Shown: positions 28,227 through 39,875, counted from the first letter of the stretch. The stretch is 64,000 bases of DNA from an uncultured Actinomycetota bacterium (GCA_963731485.1 CAVSVQ010000008.1:88818-152817); one strand, 5' to 3'. The notes: generated from the letters alone by a model not told the origin. Program-made: numbers and translations.

Positions 28227-29285
28227 ATGTCCGACCGCCGACCCAGGAGCAGTGCACACCGGCGACTCCGACCGGCTCGACCTCCGGGGCCGACATCCTG
28301 GCGATCGCCCGCGAGCAGGTGCTCGAGCGCGGCGTACCGCTGGACGAGGCGCAGATCCTGCGGGTGCTGCGCACCGGCGACGACGTGCTGCCCGACCTGC
28401 TGGCGCTGGCCCACGAGGTCCGGATGAAGTGGTGCGGCCCCGAGGTCGAGGTCGAGGGAATCGTCTCGATCAAGACCGGCGGCTGTCCCGAGGACTGCCA
28501 CTTCTGCTGCCAGTCGCGGCCAGTTCACCTCCCCGGTGCGCTCGGTGTGGCTGAACATCCCCGAGCTGGTCAAGGCGGCCGAGCAGACCGCCGCCACCGG
28601 CGCCAGCGAGTTCTGCATCGTCGCCGCGGTCCGCGGCCCCGACGAGCGGCTGATGACCCAGATGCGCGACGGCGTGAAGGCGATCAAGGAGGCCGTCGAC
28701 ATCGAGGTCGCCGCCTCGCTCGGGCATGCTCAGCCAGGAGCAGGTCGACGAGCTGGCCGACGATGGGCGTGCACCGCTACAACCACAACCTCGAGGCCGC
28801 GCGGTCATACTTCCCGCAGGTGGTCACCACGCACTCCTGGGAGGAGCGCTGGGACACCTGCCTGATGGTCCGCGAGTCCGGGATGGAGCTGTGCTGCGGC
28901 TGCCTGGTCGGGATGGGCGAGACCGTCGAGCAGCGTGCCGAGCTCGCCGCCCAGCTCGGCGAGCTGCAGCCCGACGAGGTGCCGCTGAACTTCCTCAACC
29001 CGCGCCCGGGCACGCCGTTCGGCGACCTGCCGCTGATGGAGTCCAGCCGAGGCGCTGCGCACGATCGCGGCGTTCCGGCTGGCCCTGCCCCGCACGATCC
29101 TGCGCTACGCCGGCGGCCGGGAGCTGACCCTCGGCGACCTCGGCACCCGCGACGGCCTGCTCGGCGGCATCAACGCCGTGATCGTCGGCAACTACCTGAC
29201 CACGCTGGGCCGCGACCCGCAGGAGGACCTCGCGCTGCTGGAGGACCTCAAGATGCCGATCAAGGCGCTCAGCAGCAGCCTGTGA
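28227..29285 (+). CDS. bioB: Biotin synthase
   Basis: [12 protein letters not shown] (CxxxCxxC), [32 protein letters not shown]. Confidence 0.95.
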
Positions 29286-29295
29286 GCCCACGGGA

Positions 29296-29498
29296 ATGAG
29301 CTCCGTCGTGAACGACCGTACTGCGGGCACTGCGGCGAGTCCCTCGACACCGGCGTCGCACGACGCCTGCGCCGAGCGGCTCCGGATGGAGCCGCCGCGG
29401 TTCTGCACGCCGCTGCCGACCGCCGGATGGTCGTCCAGGTGACCCCGACCTCGTGGACGGCCCGATGCGTCGAGCACGGCGAGCTGTCGTCGCCATGG
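29296..29498 (+). CDS. bsaP: Biotin synthase auxiliary protein (Rv1590-like), frameshifted
   Basis: YCGHCG...HDAC...[24 protein letters not shown] reconstructed immediately after bioB. Confidence 0.8.
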
Positions 29499-30859
29499 AC
29501 CGCACGCCGACAGCATCTCGACAGGCTCGATGTCCGGCGACGCTCTCCTCGACTTCGACCGGGAGCACCTCTGGCACCCGTACTCCTCGATGACCGCGCC
29601 CGGCGATCGGTCCACCCGGTCGAGTCCGCGCCGGGAGTACGCCTGCGGCTGACCACCGACGACGGGCCGATCGAGGTCGTGGACGCGATGTCGTCGTGGT
29701 GGTGCGCGATCCACGGGTACGCCGTACCCGAGCTCGACGCCGCGGTGCGCGACCAGCTCGGCCGGATGAGCCACGTGATGTTCGGCGGCCTGACCCACGA
29801 GCCCGCGGTCGAGCTCGGTCGCCGACTGGTCGAGCTCGCGCCGGAGAGCCTGGACGGCGCCTGGACAAGGTGTTCTTCGCCGACTCCGGCTCGGTGTCGG
29901 TCGAGGTCGCGATGAAGATGGCCTGGCAGGCGCACGCCGCGGGCGGGCTGACCCGGACGAAGTTCTTCACGATCCGCGGTGGCTACCACGGCGACACGTT
30001 CTCGCCGATGAGCGTGACCGACCCCGACGGCGGGATGCACGCGATGTACGCCGGGTTCCTGCCCCCGCCACGTCTTCGCCCACCGGCCGCCGCCGATCGG
30101 CGAGCATCCGACCAGGCGCTGGCGGACTGGAAGGCGGCGACCACGGCGCTCTACGAGCAGCACGCCGACGAGATCGCCGCGGTCATCGTCGAGCCGGTGC
30201 TCCAGGGCGCCGGCGGGATGCACGTCTACCACCCCGACGCGGTCCGGCCACCTCGTCCGCTGGCCCGGGCGCACGGAGCCCTGGTGATCTTCGACGAGAT
30301 CGCGACCGGGTTCTGGCGCACCGGCGAGGCCTGGGCCGCCGACCACTGCGCCCGCCGACGAGCCCTGCGCACCCGACATCCTCTGCGTCGGCAAGGCGCT
30401 CACCGGCGGCTACCTGACCCTGGCCGCGGTGCTCACCACCGCGCGAGGTGGCGGCGGCGCGTCGACGCGAGCCCGGCCGGCGCGATGATGCACGGGCCGA
30501 CGTTCATGGCCAACCCGCTGGCCTGCGCGGTCGCCTCGGCGAGCCTGGACCTGCTCGGGTCGTACGACGTCCCGCGGCACCGTCGCGCGCATCTCGGCAC
30601 GCCTCACCGACGGCCTCGCGCCCGGCTCGCGACCTCGCCGGTCGTCCGCGACGTCCGCACCCTCGGCGCGGTCGGCGTGATCGAGCTCGACCGCCCGGTC
30701 GACGTGCCCGCCGTGACCAGGGCGGCGCTGGACCGAGGGGTCTGGGTGCGGCCGTTCCGCAACCTCGTCTACACGATGCCGCCGTACGTCTGCTCCGACG
30801 ACGACCTCGGCACGATCACGGCGCGCTGGTCGGCGCCGTGGACGGAGGTGCACGCGTGA
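29495..30859 (+). CDS. bioA: Adenosylmethionine-8-amino-7-oxononanoate aminotransferase
   Basis: [57 protein letters not shown]. Confidence 0.93.
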
Positions 30860-31993
30860 GCGCGTTCACCGGAATGGCTCGGCCGGCTCGGCGCCGCGGC
30901 CCGAGCGGAGGCCGGGCTGACCCGCCGGCTGTTCGCCAGCGACACCGCCGGCCGATGATCGACCTGGCCGGCAACGACTACCTCGGCCTCTCCCGGCATC
31001 CCGAGGTCGTCGCCGCGCGCCGCCGAGGCCGCGCGCCGGCACGGAGCCGGCGCGGGCGCCTCCCGCCTGGTCACCGGCACCCTGACCGTCCACGAGGACC
31101 TCGAGGCGTGCGCTGGCCGGCTTCACCGGGTTCCCGGCGGCGCTGGTGCTCTCCACCGGCTACCACGCCAACCTCGCCGTCGTGTCCGCGCTCGCCGACG
31201 CCGACACCCTGTCGTCTCCGACGCCCACGTGCACGCGTCGATGATCGACGCCTGCCGGCTCTCGCGCGCCGAACGGTCGCGGTCGTCCCGCACAACGACG
31301 TCGGCGCGGTCGAGCGCTTCCTCGCCGGCCGCACGCCAGCCGCGGGCGCTCGTCCTCGTCGAGACGATCTACTCCGTCCTCGGCGACGCCGCGCCGGTCG
31401 CGGAGCTGGCCGAGGTGTGCGCGCCGGCACGACGCCGTGCTGGTCGCCGACGAGGCGCACGCGCTCGGGGTCGAGCGGCGTCGACGGCCGGGGCCTGCTC
31501 CACGAGGCCGGGCTCGGCGGTGCCGACCACGTGGTCGGGACGCTCACGCTGAGCAAGTCGCTGGGCTCCCAGGGCGGCGCGGTGCTGGCGACGTCCGCGG
31601 TCCGCGAGCACCTGGTCAACATCGCTCGGCCGTTCATCTACGACACCGGCCTCGCCCCGGCAGCCGCCGGGGCGGCGCTCGCTGCGCTCGGGCTGGTCGG
31701 TCGACGAGCCCGAGCGGGTCGACGCGCGTCCACGCCGGGTCGCCGGCCGCCCTCGCCAAGGCCGGCGGCGTGCGCGAGCCCGCCGGCGCGGTCCTCGCGA
31801 TCGCCGATGCCGGGCCCGCGCGAGGCCGTCGACGCCGTTGCGCGCGCGGCCGAGCAGGGCGTCCGGATCGGCTGCTTCCGACCGCCCTCGACCCCCGACG
31901 GCATCTCCCGGCTGCGGCTCACCGCGCACGCGCACCTCACCGACGACGAGGTCGACCACGCGACGCAGGGTGATCGAGGGGCTGCTCGGGTGA
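30856..31993 (+). CDS. bioF: 8-amino-7-oxononanoate synthase
   Basis: [50 protein letters not shown]. Confidence 0.92.
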
Positions 31994-32702
31994 GCACCGA
32001 CGTCCTCTTCGTCACCGGCACCGACACCGGGGTCGGCAAGACGGTGGTCACGGCGGCGCTGGCGGTGGCGCTGCGGCAGGCCGGGCGGTCGCCGTACGTC
32101 GTGAAGCCGGCGCAGACCGGGGTGACACCGGACGAGCCCGGCGATCTCGACGACGTACGCCGGCTCGCCGGCGAGGTGCCCGGCCACGAGGGCGTCCGGC
32201 TGCGCGAGCCGCTGGCTCCCGACACCGGCCGCCCGCCTCGAGGGCGTCGACCTCCCGGGCCTCACCGCGCAGCGCGACGCCGTGCTGGCCGCGGCCGCGG
32301 ATCACGACGTCCTCGTCGAGGGCGCTGGTGGGGTCCTGGTCCATCTCGGCCGGCACTGGAACCTGCTCGACCTCGCCCGGTCGCTGTCGCCCACTTCGGC
32401 CGTGCCGCGTCGGCTTCGTGGTGGTCGCCCGCGCCGGCCTCGGCACCCTGAACCACACCGCGCTCACCGTCCAGGCGATCCAGCAGCGCGGCCTGCACGT
32501 GCACGGGATCGTGATCGGGTCGTGGCCCGACCGACCCGGACGTCGCCGCCGAGCAGAACCTCGCTCGATCTGCCGATCCAGACCGGCGTGCCGATCCTCG
32601 GGCCGGATCCCGGAAGGCGCGGGTGCGCTCGGCCCGGCGGAGTTCGCGGACGGCGTGCCGGAGTGGCTGCCGTACCTGTCCGGCGGCATGCCGGCGGAGT
32701 AG
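31990..32702 (+). CDS. bioD: Dethiobiotin synthetase
   Basis: [31 protein letters not shown]. Confidence 0.93.
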
Positions 32703-32758
32703 CGCTCGGAGCCCACCGTCCTCGCGGTCGCCTTCGCCGGCCGGCCCGGGAGTCTGGC

Positions 32759-33041
32759 GGGTTCTTGTCCGGCCGCGTGACAGAACCCGGCCGCCTCCAT
32801 GGGTTCTTGTCCGGCCGCGTGACAGAACCCGCCCGCCTCCATGGGTTCGTGTCCGGCCGCGTGACAGAACCCGCCCGCCTCCATGGGTTCGTGTCCGGCC
32901 GCGTGACAGAACCCGCCCGCCTCCATGGGTTCTTGTCCGACCGCGTGACAGAACCCGCCCGCCTCCATGGGTTCCTGTCCCACCGCGTGACAGAACCCGC
33001 CCGCCTCGCATGCGTTCCTGTCCCACCGCGTGACAGAACCC
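32759..33041. repeat. Tandem array of 7 palindromic ~42-bp units (REP-like)
   Basis: Unit GGGTTCBTGTCCNNCCGCGTGACAGAACCCGCCCGCCTCCAT; GGGTTC/GAACCC and TGTC/GACA arms; last copy partial. Confidence 0.92.
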
Positions 33042-33048
33042 GGCCCGC

Positions 33049-34662
33049 TCAGCCGATGTCGCGCGAGCGGTACCGCAGCCACGAGAACGCGAGCAGGGCC
33101 GCCGCGATCGCGGTGAGCACCACCGCCGGCCCGGGGCGGAAGGCCTCCAGCGGCATGTGCGGAGCGTGCGTGTAGGGCGACAGGTCGAGCACCCAGTGCG
33201 GCAGCCCGAGCAGCTCGCCGATCTGACCCAGGGTCGCGAACACGACCACGACGCCCCAGCCCACCACGGCCCACGTGCTGCGCCACGCGAAGAACAGCAC
33301 CGCGCACGCGACCACCGTCCACATCGCCGGCGACTGTGCGAGCGCCGAGCCGACGAGCCGGGCGAACGAAGTGTCACTGTCGTGCCCGACGCCGAGCGCC
33401 AGCGCGACCCCACCGGCCAGGAGCAGCCAGGTTGCCCCGAGCACCCCCACGACGACTGTTGCCACGAAGGCCCGTGCTCGCGACGTGGCGGTCGCGAGCA
33501 CCTGCTCGGTCCGGCCGTCGTGCTCGTCGCTGCCGCCGTGGCCCACCACCGCCACGGCGAAGCAGGTCACGGCCAACGAGAGCATCGAGACCACCGCACC
33601 GAGGAGCGCATCGCGGAAGGCACCCGCGCCGCCGATCGCGGCGCAGCAGGTCCTGCAGGTTCGCGGAGTCGAACGCGTCGAAGCTCGGCGTGATCGCCCC
33701 GAAGACCGCGCCGATCAGGACGACAGCCAGCCGTCCAGCCGAGCACCATCGGCGTGTGCACCCTGACCGCGAGCGCGACCGCGTCGCCCAGGCGCGGGGA
33801 GCCGGTGGCCGGTCCGGGTTGGGCGGCGACCAGGCCGGAGCCCAGGTCGCGACGGTGGCTCAGCACGCGTGCGAGCGCGGCCAGCGCGATCGCCGACCCG
33901 GCGTACAGCGAGGAGCAGCCACCAGCGCGGGTCGCTGTACGCGCGGAGCTGGGTGTTCCAGCCGAACGGCGTCAGCCAGCTCAGCCAGGAGGCGGCGGTC
34001 GTGTCGCCGACCGCACGCAGCCCGTACAGGACGCCGAGCACGGACGCCGCGATCGCTGCGCAGGTGCGGGCGCTGGCCGACACCTGGCAGGCCGCGGCCG
34101 TGAGTCCGGTGGCGACCAGCCCGGTCCCGGCCCAGGACGCGCCGAAGGCCAGCGACCCGGTCACCGGCAGCCCGCCGACGACGGTGGCGACCGCGACGAG
34201 CAGACCGAGCGCGACCGCGAGGACGGAGCCGAACGCGATCGCGGCCGTGAGCGGTGCGTCGCGGTCGATCGCGGTGCCGCCGAGCAGCTCGGACTGGCCG
34301 CCCTCCTCCGCCAGGCGGGTGTGCCGGCGTACGACGAACAGGAACATCATCGCCGCGAAGACCGCGTAGAGGACGGTCATCTTCGTCATCGCCAGCTCAC
34401 CCTTGCTGTGCACGTCGAGGATCGGGCCGTAGAGCGCGACGATGCCCGGGCTGGCATTGATCGCCTCGGCCGCCTTCACCCGCTCGGCCTCGGTGGGGTA
34501 CACCGACGTGGTCGCCGAGGCGGACGCGAAGCAGACCAGCACCAGCACGGCCGTCCAGATCGGCACCATGAGCCGGTCGCGACGGGCGGCGAGCCGGATC
34601 AGGCGTCCGACGCCCACCTCACCGAGGAGTGGCCGCCCGGCCGGCGCGGAGACCGCGGTCAT
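33049..34662 (-). CDS. ABC-2 type exporter permease (Rv1217c/TnrB3-like), copy 1
   Basis: RLAARRDR, VVRRHTRLAEEGGQSELL, LRAVGD, RRDLGSGL, LSPYTH, RSRDIG. Confidence 0.88.
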
Positions 34663-35593
34663 CACGCCGACCTGACCCGGTCGGGACGGTAGACGTCGAG
34701 GAAGAGCTCCTCCAGGGTCGGTGGCGTGCTGGTCAGCTCCTTCACCCCGGCTGCGGTCAGCGCGCGCGAGGACCTCGGTCGAGGCTCTCGGGGTCGACGC
34801 TGCAGGTGACGCGCCTGGCCCTCGACCGACGAGGTCGTGCACGCCGGCCACGCGCGCTGAGGTCGGGCACGGCACCGGTGACGACAGCCTGGATCCGGTT
34901 GCGGTGCAGGTGTCGCATCTCCCGGAGCGTGCCCGACTCGACGGCCTTCCCGGCGCGGATGATCGTCACCCGGTTCGCCAGCCGCTCGACCTCGCTGAGG
35001 ATGTGGCTGGACAGCAGCACCGTGGCGCCTCGTGCCGTGTGCTCGGCCAGGCACTCGTTGAAGACCTGCTCCATCAGCGGGTCGAGACCGGACGTCGGCT
35101 CGTCGAGGATCAGCAGGTCGGAGTCCGTGGCGAACGCCGCCACCAGCGCAACCTTCTGCCGGTTGCCCTTCGAGTAGGCCCGGCCCTTCTTGGTCGGGTC
35201 GAGGTCGAAGCGCTCGAGCAGCTCCTCGCGCCGGGACCGCGCAGGGTCGGTACCGCGCATCCGCAGGAGCATGTCGATGGTCTCGCCCCCGCTCAGGTTC
35301 GGCCACAGCGCCACGTCCCCCGGCACGTACGCGAGCCGCCGGTGGATCTCGACGGCGTCGCGCCACGGGTCCAGGCCGAACACCTGCGCCGTCCCGGCAT
35401 CGGTGCGCAGCAGACCGAGCAGCGACCTGATCGTGGTGGACTTCCCGGCGCCGTTGGGCCCGAGGAAGCCGTGCACGTCGCCACGACCGACGTGCAGGTC
35501 GAGCGCGTCGAGGGCGCGTACCGAGCCGAAGGTCTTCACCAGACCGCTGACCGAGATGACCGGGTCGTCGCCCGGGGCGTGACTGTCGTGCAT
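34662..35593 (-). CDS. ABC exporter ATP-binding protein (Rv1218c/TnrB2-like), copy 1
   Basis: [40 protein letters not shown]. Confidence 0.9.
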
Positions 35594-35600
35594 GCGGCCC

Positions 35601-35644
35601 ACCGTACTCCAACTTTCACAATCGTTCTGAAACCTTATAAGGTT
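35601..35644. promoter_or_regulatory. Divergent leaderless promoters with two palindromic operator candidates
   Basis: TTTCA-N9-TGAAA (35614-35632), perfect palindrome AACCTTATAAGGTT (35631-35644); -10 TACGGT on minus strand and TAAGGT on plus strand, 6-7 nt from the start codons. Confidence 0.65.
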
Positions 35645-35649
35645 GGCGC

Positions 35650-36123
35650 GTGGCGACCAGCAGGCAGGACTTCGTCGACCGGATGGCCAGCGCCCTCCAC
35701 CAGGCCGGCCTCGCACGGGTGCCCTCCCTGGTCTTCTCCGCGCTCCTCGTCGACGACGACGGCCGGATGACCTCGGCGGAGCTCGCGGAGGCGCTGCACG
35801 TCAGCGCCGCATCGATCTCCGGTGCGGTGAGCTACCTCGAGCAGATCCAGATGCTGCGCCGCGAACGTGAACGCGGGTCGCGTCGGGACGTGTACGTCGT
35901 GGAGGAGGACACCTGGCATGCGGCCCTCCTCCGGCGCGACCAGGTGTACCGCCCGATGATCGCTGCCCTGTCGGCCGGCCTGACCGCCGTCCCCGCCGGC
36001 ACGCCGGCCCACCAGCGGATCCTGGTCACTCGCGAGTTCATGGCCTTCATCAACGAGGAGATGGCAGAGGTCGCCTCGAGGTGGGAGCAACGGCGCGCGG
36101 AGATCCTCCGCGACAGCACCTGA
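35650..36123 (+). CDS. GbsR/MarR-family transcriptional regulator
   Basis: [49 protein letters not shown] winged HTH. Confidence 0.9.
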   Translation: MATSRQDFVDRMASALHQAGLARVPSLVFSALLVDDDGRMTSAELAEALHVSAASISGAVSYLEQIQMLRRERERGSRRDVYVVEEDTWHAALLRRDQVYRPMIAALSAGLTAVPAGTPAHQRILVTREFMAFINEEMAEVASRWEQRRAEILRDST

Positions 36124-36190
36124 CCAGCGCCCCGGCAGCACGGGTCCTTCGGCACGCTGCACGAGGGTGCGTCGGCGATACCGTGCGAAC

Positions 36191-37118
36191 GTGGGCAACG
36201 TCATCGCGATCGACGGACTGGTCAAGACGTTCGGTCGGGCGCGGGCCCTGGACGACCTCGACCTGGAGGTGCGCCGCGGGGAGGTGCACGGGTTCCTCGG
36301 GCCCGAACGGCGCCGGCAAGTCCACGACGATCCGGATCCTGCTGGGCCTGTTGCGGGCGGACGCGGGCACGGTCCGCTCCTCGGCGGCGACCCCTGGCGC
36401 GACGCCGCGCGAGCTGCACCGCCGCCTCGCCTACGTCCCCGGCGAGGTGAACCTGTGGCCGAACCTGACCGGCGGCGAGGTCATCGACCTGCTCGGGCGG
36501 CTGCGTGGCGGGCTGGACGAAGCCCGTCGTGCCGAGCTGCTCGAACGCTTCGACCTGGATCCGACGAAGAAGGGCCGGGCGTACTCGAAGGGGAACCGGC
36601 AGAAGGTCGCCCTGGTCGCCGCCCTGAGCTCCGATGTCGAGCTGCTGCTGCTCGACGAGCCGACCGCCGGACTGGACCCGATCATGGAGACGCACTTCCA
36701 GGCGTGCATCGACGACTTCCGCGATCGCGGCGGCACTGTGCTGCTCTCGAGCCACATCCTCGCCGAGGTCGAGAGACTGTGCGACCGGGTCAGCATCCTG
36801 CGCGAGGGGCGAGTCGTGGAGTCCGGCACCCTGGCCGAGCTGCGCCACCTGACCCGTACGTCGATCCAGGCCGAGCTCTCGAACCCGCCGGACGGTCTCG
36901 GCACCCACGAGGGCATCCACGACTTCGTGGCGGAGGGCAACCGGGTGGGCTTCGAGGTGGACACCGAGCTGCTCGGCGACGTGCTCGCCCACCTCGGCAG
37001 CTACGGCATCCGCACCCTCACCAGCCAGCCACCGACCCTCGAGGAGCTGTTCCTGCGCCACTACGGTGACGAGGTGGTGGCCGAGTCGCAGAACCACGGC
37101 GCGGCGGTGGCACCGTGA
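36191..37118 (+). CDS. ABC exporter ATP-binding protein (Rv1218c-like), copy 2
   Basis: [40 protein letters not shown]; TACCGT -10 before GTG. Confidence 0.9.
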
Positions 37119-38719
37119 GGTCCGGCAGCCCGCGGCTCACCGGCCGGTTCACCGGCACCGGGATCTTCCTGCGGGCGTTCCTGCGCCGTGACCGCTGGCT
37201 CGTCTTCTGGTTCCTCGTGGGCACGCCGACGCTGTACTGGTCCCAGGCCTACAGCGTCGACAACCTCTACCAGTCGCAGGCCGAGTTCGACCGGGCGGCG
37301 GCCGCCATGGGCGACAACGCAGCGTTCGTCGCGATGGCCGGCCCAGCCCGCGCCCTCAACACGGCCGGCGGACAGGTGGCCTGGCAGGCATCCGCGTTCG
37401 GCGCGATCCTCGTCGGCCTGATGGCGATGTTCGTCGTCGGGCGGCACACCCGCGCCGAGGAGGAGGCCGGCCGCGAGGAGCTGCTGCGCTCGGGCGAGGT
37501 GTCCCGGACCGCCGCGACCACGGCCGCACTCCTGGCCAGTGTCGCGGCGAGCGGGATCGTCGCTCTGGGCGTGAGCGTGTCACTGCTGGTGTACGGGCTG
37601 CCTGCCGGAGGGAGCTGGGCCCTGGGGGTCGGCGTCTTCGCCTTCGGCGTCGCCATCAGCGGAGTGGCACTGCTCGCGGCACAGCTCACCTCCAGTGGGC
37701 GAGCGACGTACGGGCTCACCGGCGCGGTGATCGGCTGCGCGTACGGGCTGCGCGCGATCGGCGACGTCAGCGGCGGCGGGCTGTCGTGGCTCTCACCGAT
37801 CGGCTGGTACCAGGCGATGCACGCCTACTCCGGCGAGCGGTGGTGGCCCCTGCTCCTGCTCCTCGCCCTCGGCACGGTCGCGTCGGCGGCGGCGTACGCG
37901 GTCTTCGACCGCCGCGATCTCGGTGCCGGCGTGTGGTCGACCAGGCCGGGGCCGGACCGCGCCTCCCCCAGCCTGCGGACCGGGCTCGGGCTGGCGTGGC
38001 GGCTGCAGCGGTCCTCCGTGCTGTGGTGGTCGGCTGGCATGCTCATCGGCGGAGTCGCCTTCGGCAGCATGGGTGACGACGTGGAGACGATGATGGGCGA
38101 CACGGAGGCGAGCAAGGCGATCTTCACCACCGGTGGCGGCGACCTCGTCGACTCGTTCTACGCCGTCGCGACGCTGATGCTGGTGCTGATCGCGGCCGGC
38201 TTCACGGTCTCCTCCGCTCTCCGTCCGCACAGCGAGGAGGAGTCCGGCCGGGTCGAGGCACTGCTCGCCACCGGTCTCTCCCGCCGACGCTGGTACCTCG
38301 GACACGCGGTCGTCACCGTTGCAGGCTCGCTGCTGGTGCTGCTGGCCTCGGGATTCGGCCTCGGCCTGGGATACGCGATGGTCACGGGCGACGAGTCCGC
38401 GATCTCGCGTCTCACCGGTGCGGCCTTCGCGCAGCTCTCCGGCCTGTTCCTCCTGGGTGCGATCGCCCGACTCCTGTACGGGCTGGCGTCCCGCTGGGCG
38501 ACAGCGGCATGGCTGACCGTCGTGTACTGCTTCGTGATCGCGATGTTCGGCGAACTGCTGCACTTCCCGCGGTGGGCGGTCGACGTGTCGCCGTTCGCGC
38601 ATCTCGCGGCTGTCCCCGCCGTCTCGATGAGCTGGGGTCCGTACCTGGCCGCGCTCGGGCTGGCCGGCGCGCTGAGTGCCGGCGGCCTGCTGGCCTTCGG
38701 TCGTCGTGACGTGGGCTGA
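37115..38719 (+). CDS. ABC-2 type exporter permease (Rv1217c-like), copy 2
   Basis: Intact 534-aa multi-TM ORF; [39 protein letters not shown]. Confidence 0.9.
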   Translation: MRSGSPRLTGRFTGTGIFLRAFLRRDRWLVFWFLVGTPTLYWSQAYSVDNLYQSQAEFDRAAAAMGDNAAFVAMAGPARALNTAGGQVAWQASAFGAILVGLMAMFVVGRHTRAEEEAGREELLRSGEVSRTAATTAALLASVAASGIVALGVSVSLLVYGLPAGGSWALGVGVFAFGVAISGVALLAAQLTSSGRATYGLTGAVIGCAYGLRAIGDVSGGGLSWLSPIGWYQAMHAYSGERWWPLLLLLALGTVASAAAYAVFDRRDLGAGVWSTRPGPDRASPSLRTGLGLAWRLQRSSVLWWSAGMLIGGVAFGSMGDDVETMMGDTEASKAIFTTGGGDLVDSFYAVATLMLVLIAAGFTVSSALRPHSEEESGRVEALLATGLSRRRWYLGHAVVTVAGSLLVLLASGFGLGLGYAMVTGDESAISRLTGAAFAQLSGLFLLGAIARLLYGLASRWATAAWLTVVYCFVIAMFGELLHFPRWAVDVSPFAHLAAVPAVSMSWGPYLAALGLAGALSAGGLLAFGRRDVG

Positions 38720-38727
38720 CCACCACG

Positions 38728-39645
38728 TCAGCCGAGCAGCGCCTCGATCTGCGGGAGATGGCGCTGCAGGGCGCGGAGGTAGGGTGCCACGCTCGGGTGG
38801 TTGAACTTCCCGTGGAGCGCGCCCTCCCCGGGAGCGATCCGAGCCAGCGCCCACTCCGCGCGACTCATCGCCGAGTAGATGCACATGACGTTGGCAGCGA
38901 CCCGGATCGGTGTCTCCTCGTCCGCGCCGATCGTCCGGGTCTCGCGCACGCCGTTCACGAAGGCGTCCGCAAGGACGTCGAAGTCCTCCCGGGTCGACAG
39001 CGCGTAGTAGCCGAGGTCCGTCCCGAGCGGGCCGATCCCGAAGCCCTGCCAGTCGACGCCGAGCACCTCACCACGGCGGGTGGCCGGGAAGTTCGCCGGC
39101 ACGGCGTCCCCGTGCAGCCGACCGGCGGGCGCGGCGGCGTACTCGGCCAGCCAGTGGGTGCGCCGACGCCACAGGTGGTCGGCGACGTCGGCGAGCGTGG
39201 TCCGGCCCAGCGTCGGCCAGCCGCCTCTCCCCTCGGCCATCGCCAGCCGGTCGGTGAGGGTCCGGCGCGCGGCCCAGGGCACCTCCCGGTACGGCGCCGC
39301 GGCGAATCGACCGAGTGCCCGCGCCACCAGCAGCCCCGGGGGCGGCTCCGCGACGAGCTCCTCGGACCACAGCGTGACCCCCTCGTCGTCCTCGTCGACC
39401 CGCAGGAACTCGGGGGCGACCACGCCCGGCCCGTCGACGAGCTCGGGAGCGAGCGCGACCTCGGCCTCACGCCGCCAGTAGCCCGCGTGGGTCGGGTCCG
39501 AGAGCCCGGCGGGATCGTCCTCGCCCGGGCGTCCGAGCCGCTTGACGACGACCGGCCGGCCGCGCAGCTCGGCGCGCCACAGCCCCACCGTCGAGGCGCC
39601 GCCGCCCGGCCGCAACGGGACCCAGGCGGGCTCGGGCTGCCACAT
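38728..39645 (-). CDS. APH/choline-kinase-like phosphotransferase
   Basis: Gly-rich loop, VVKR, REAE, HGDAVPAN Brenner motif, VDWQ. Confidence 0.8.
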   Translation of the reverse strand: MWQPEPAWVPLRPGGGASTVGLWRAELRGRPVVVKRLGRPGEDDPAGLSDPTHAGYWRREAEVALAPELVDGPGVVAPEFLRVDEDDEGVTLWSEELVAEPPPGLLVARALGRFAAAPYREVPWAARRTLTDRLAMAEGRGGWPTLGRTTLADVADHLWRRRTHWLAEYAAAPAGRLHGDAVPANFPATRRGEVLGVDWQGFGIGPLGTDLGYYALSTREDFDVLADAFVNGVRETRTIGADEETPIRVAANVMCIYSAMSRAEWALARIAPGEGALHGKFNHPSVAPYLRALQRHLPQIEALLG

Positions 39646-39875
39646 CGCGTCTCCGCTCGTCGGTCAGGTGCGGCGTCGACCCGATCCTGACAGAGGACGA
39701 ACCACACCAGAACGCACCACACCGGCACGGGCTGTCCCCGACTGGACTAGACGGGTCCCTGGAATTTTCCACCTCTGGATGTACGAGTCTCGGCGCTGCG
39801 TGCTCTTCACCAGCAGAGTGAGCCCCACTCTCTCGGGCGACCGTCCGGGGTGCCCGTTCAACTCGAGGAGAACAG

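Noticed and set aside
32759-33041. CRISPR array
   Set aside because: The linkers between palindromes are near-identical 12-mers, not unique 30-40 nt spacers, and no cas genes are in the window.
32048-33413. Long ORFs with 14-aa repeats (GGFCHAAGHEPMEA etc.)
   Set aside because: Read-through of a stop-free 42-bp DNA repeat, overlapping bioD and the permease; no credible start.
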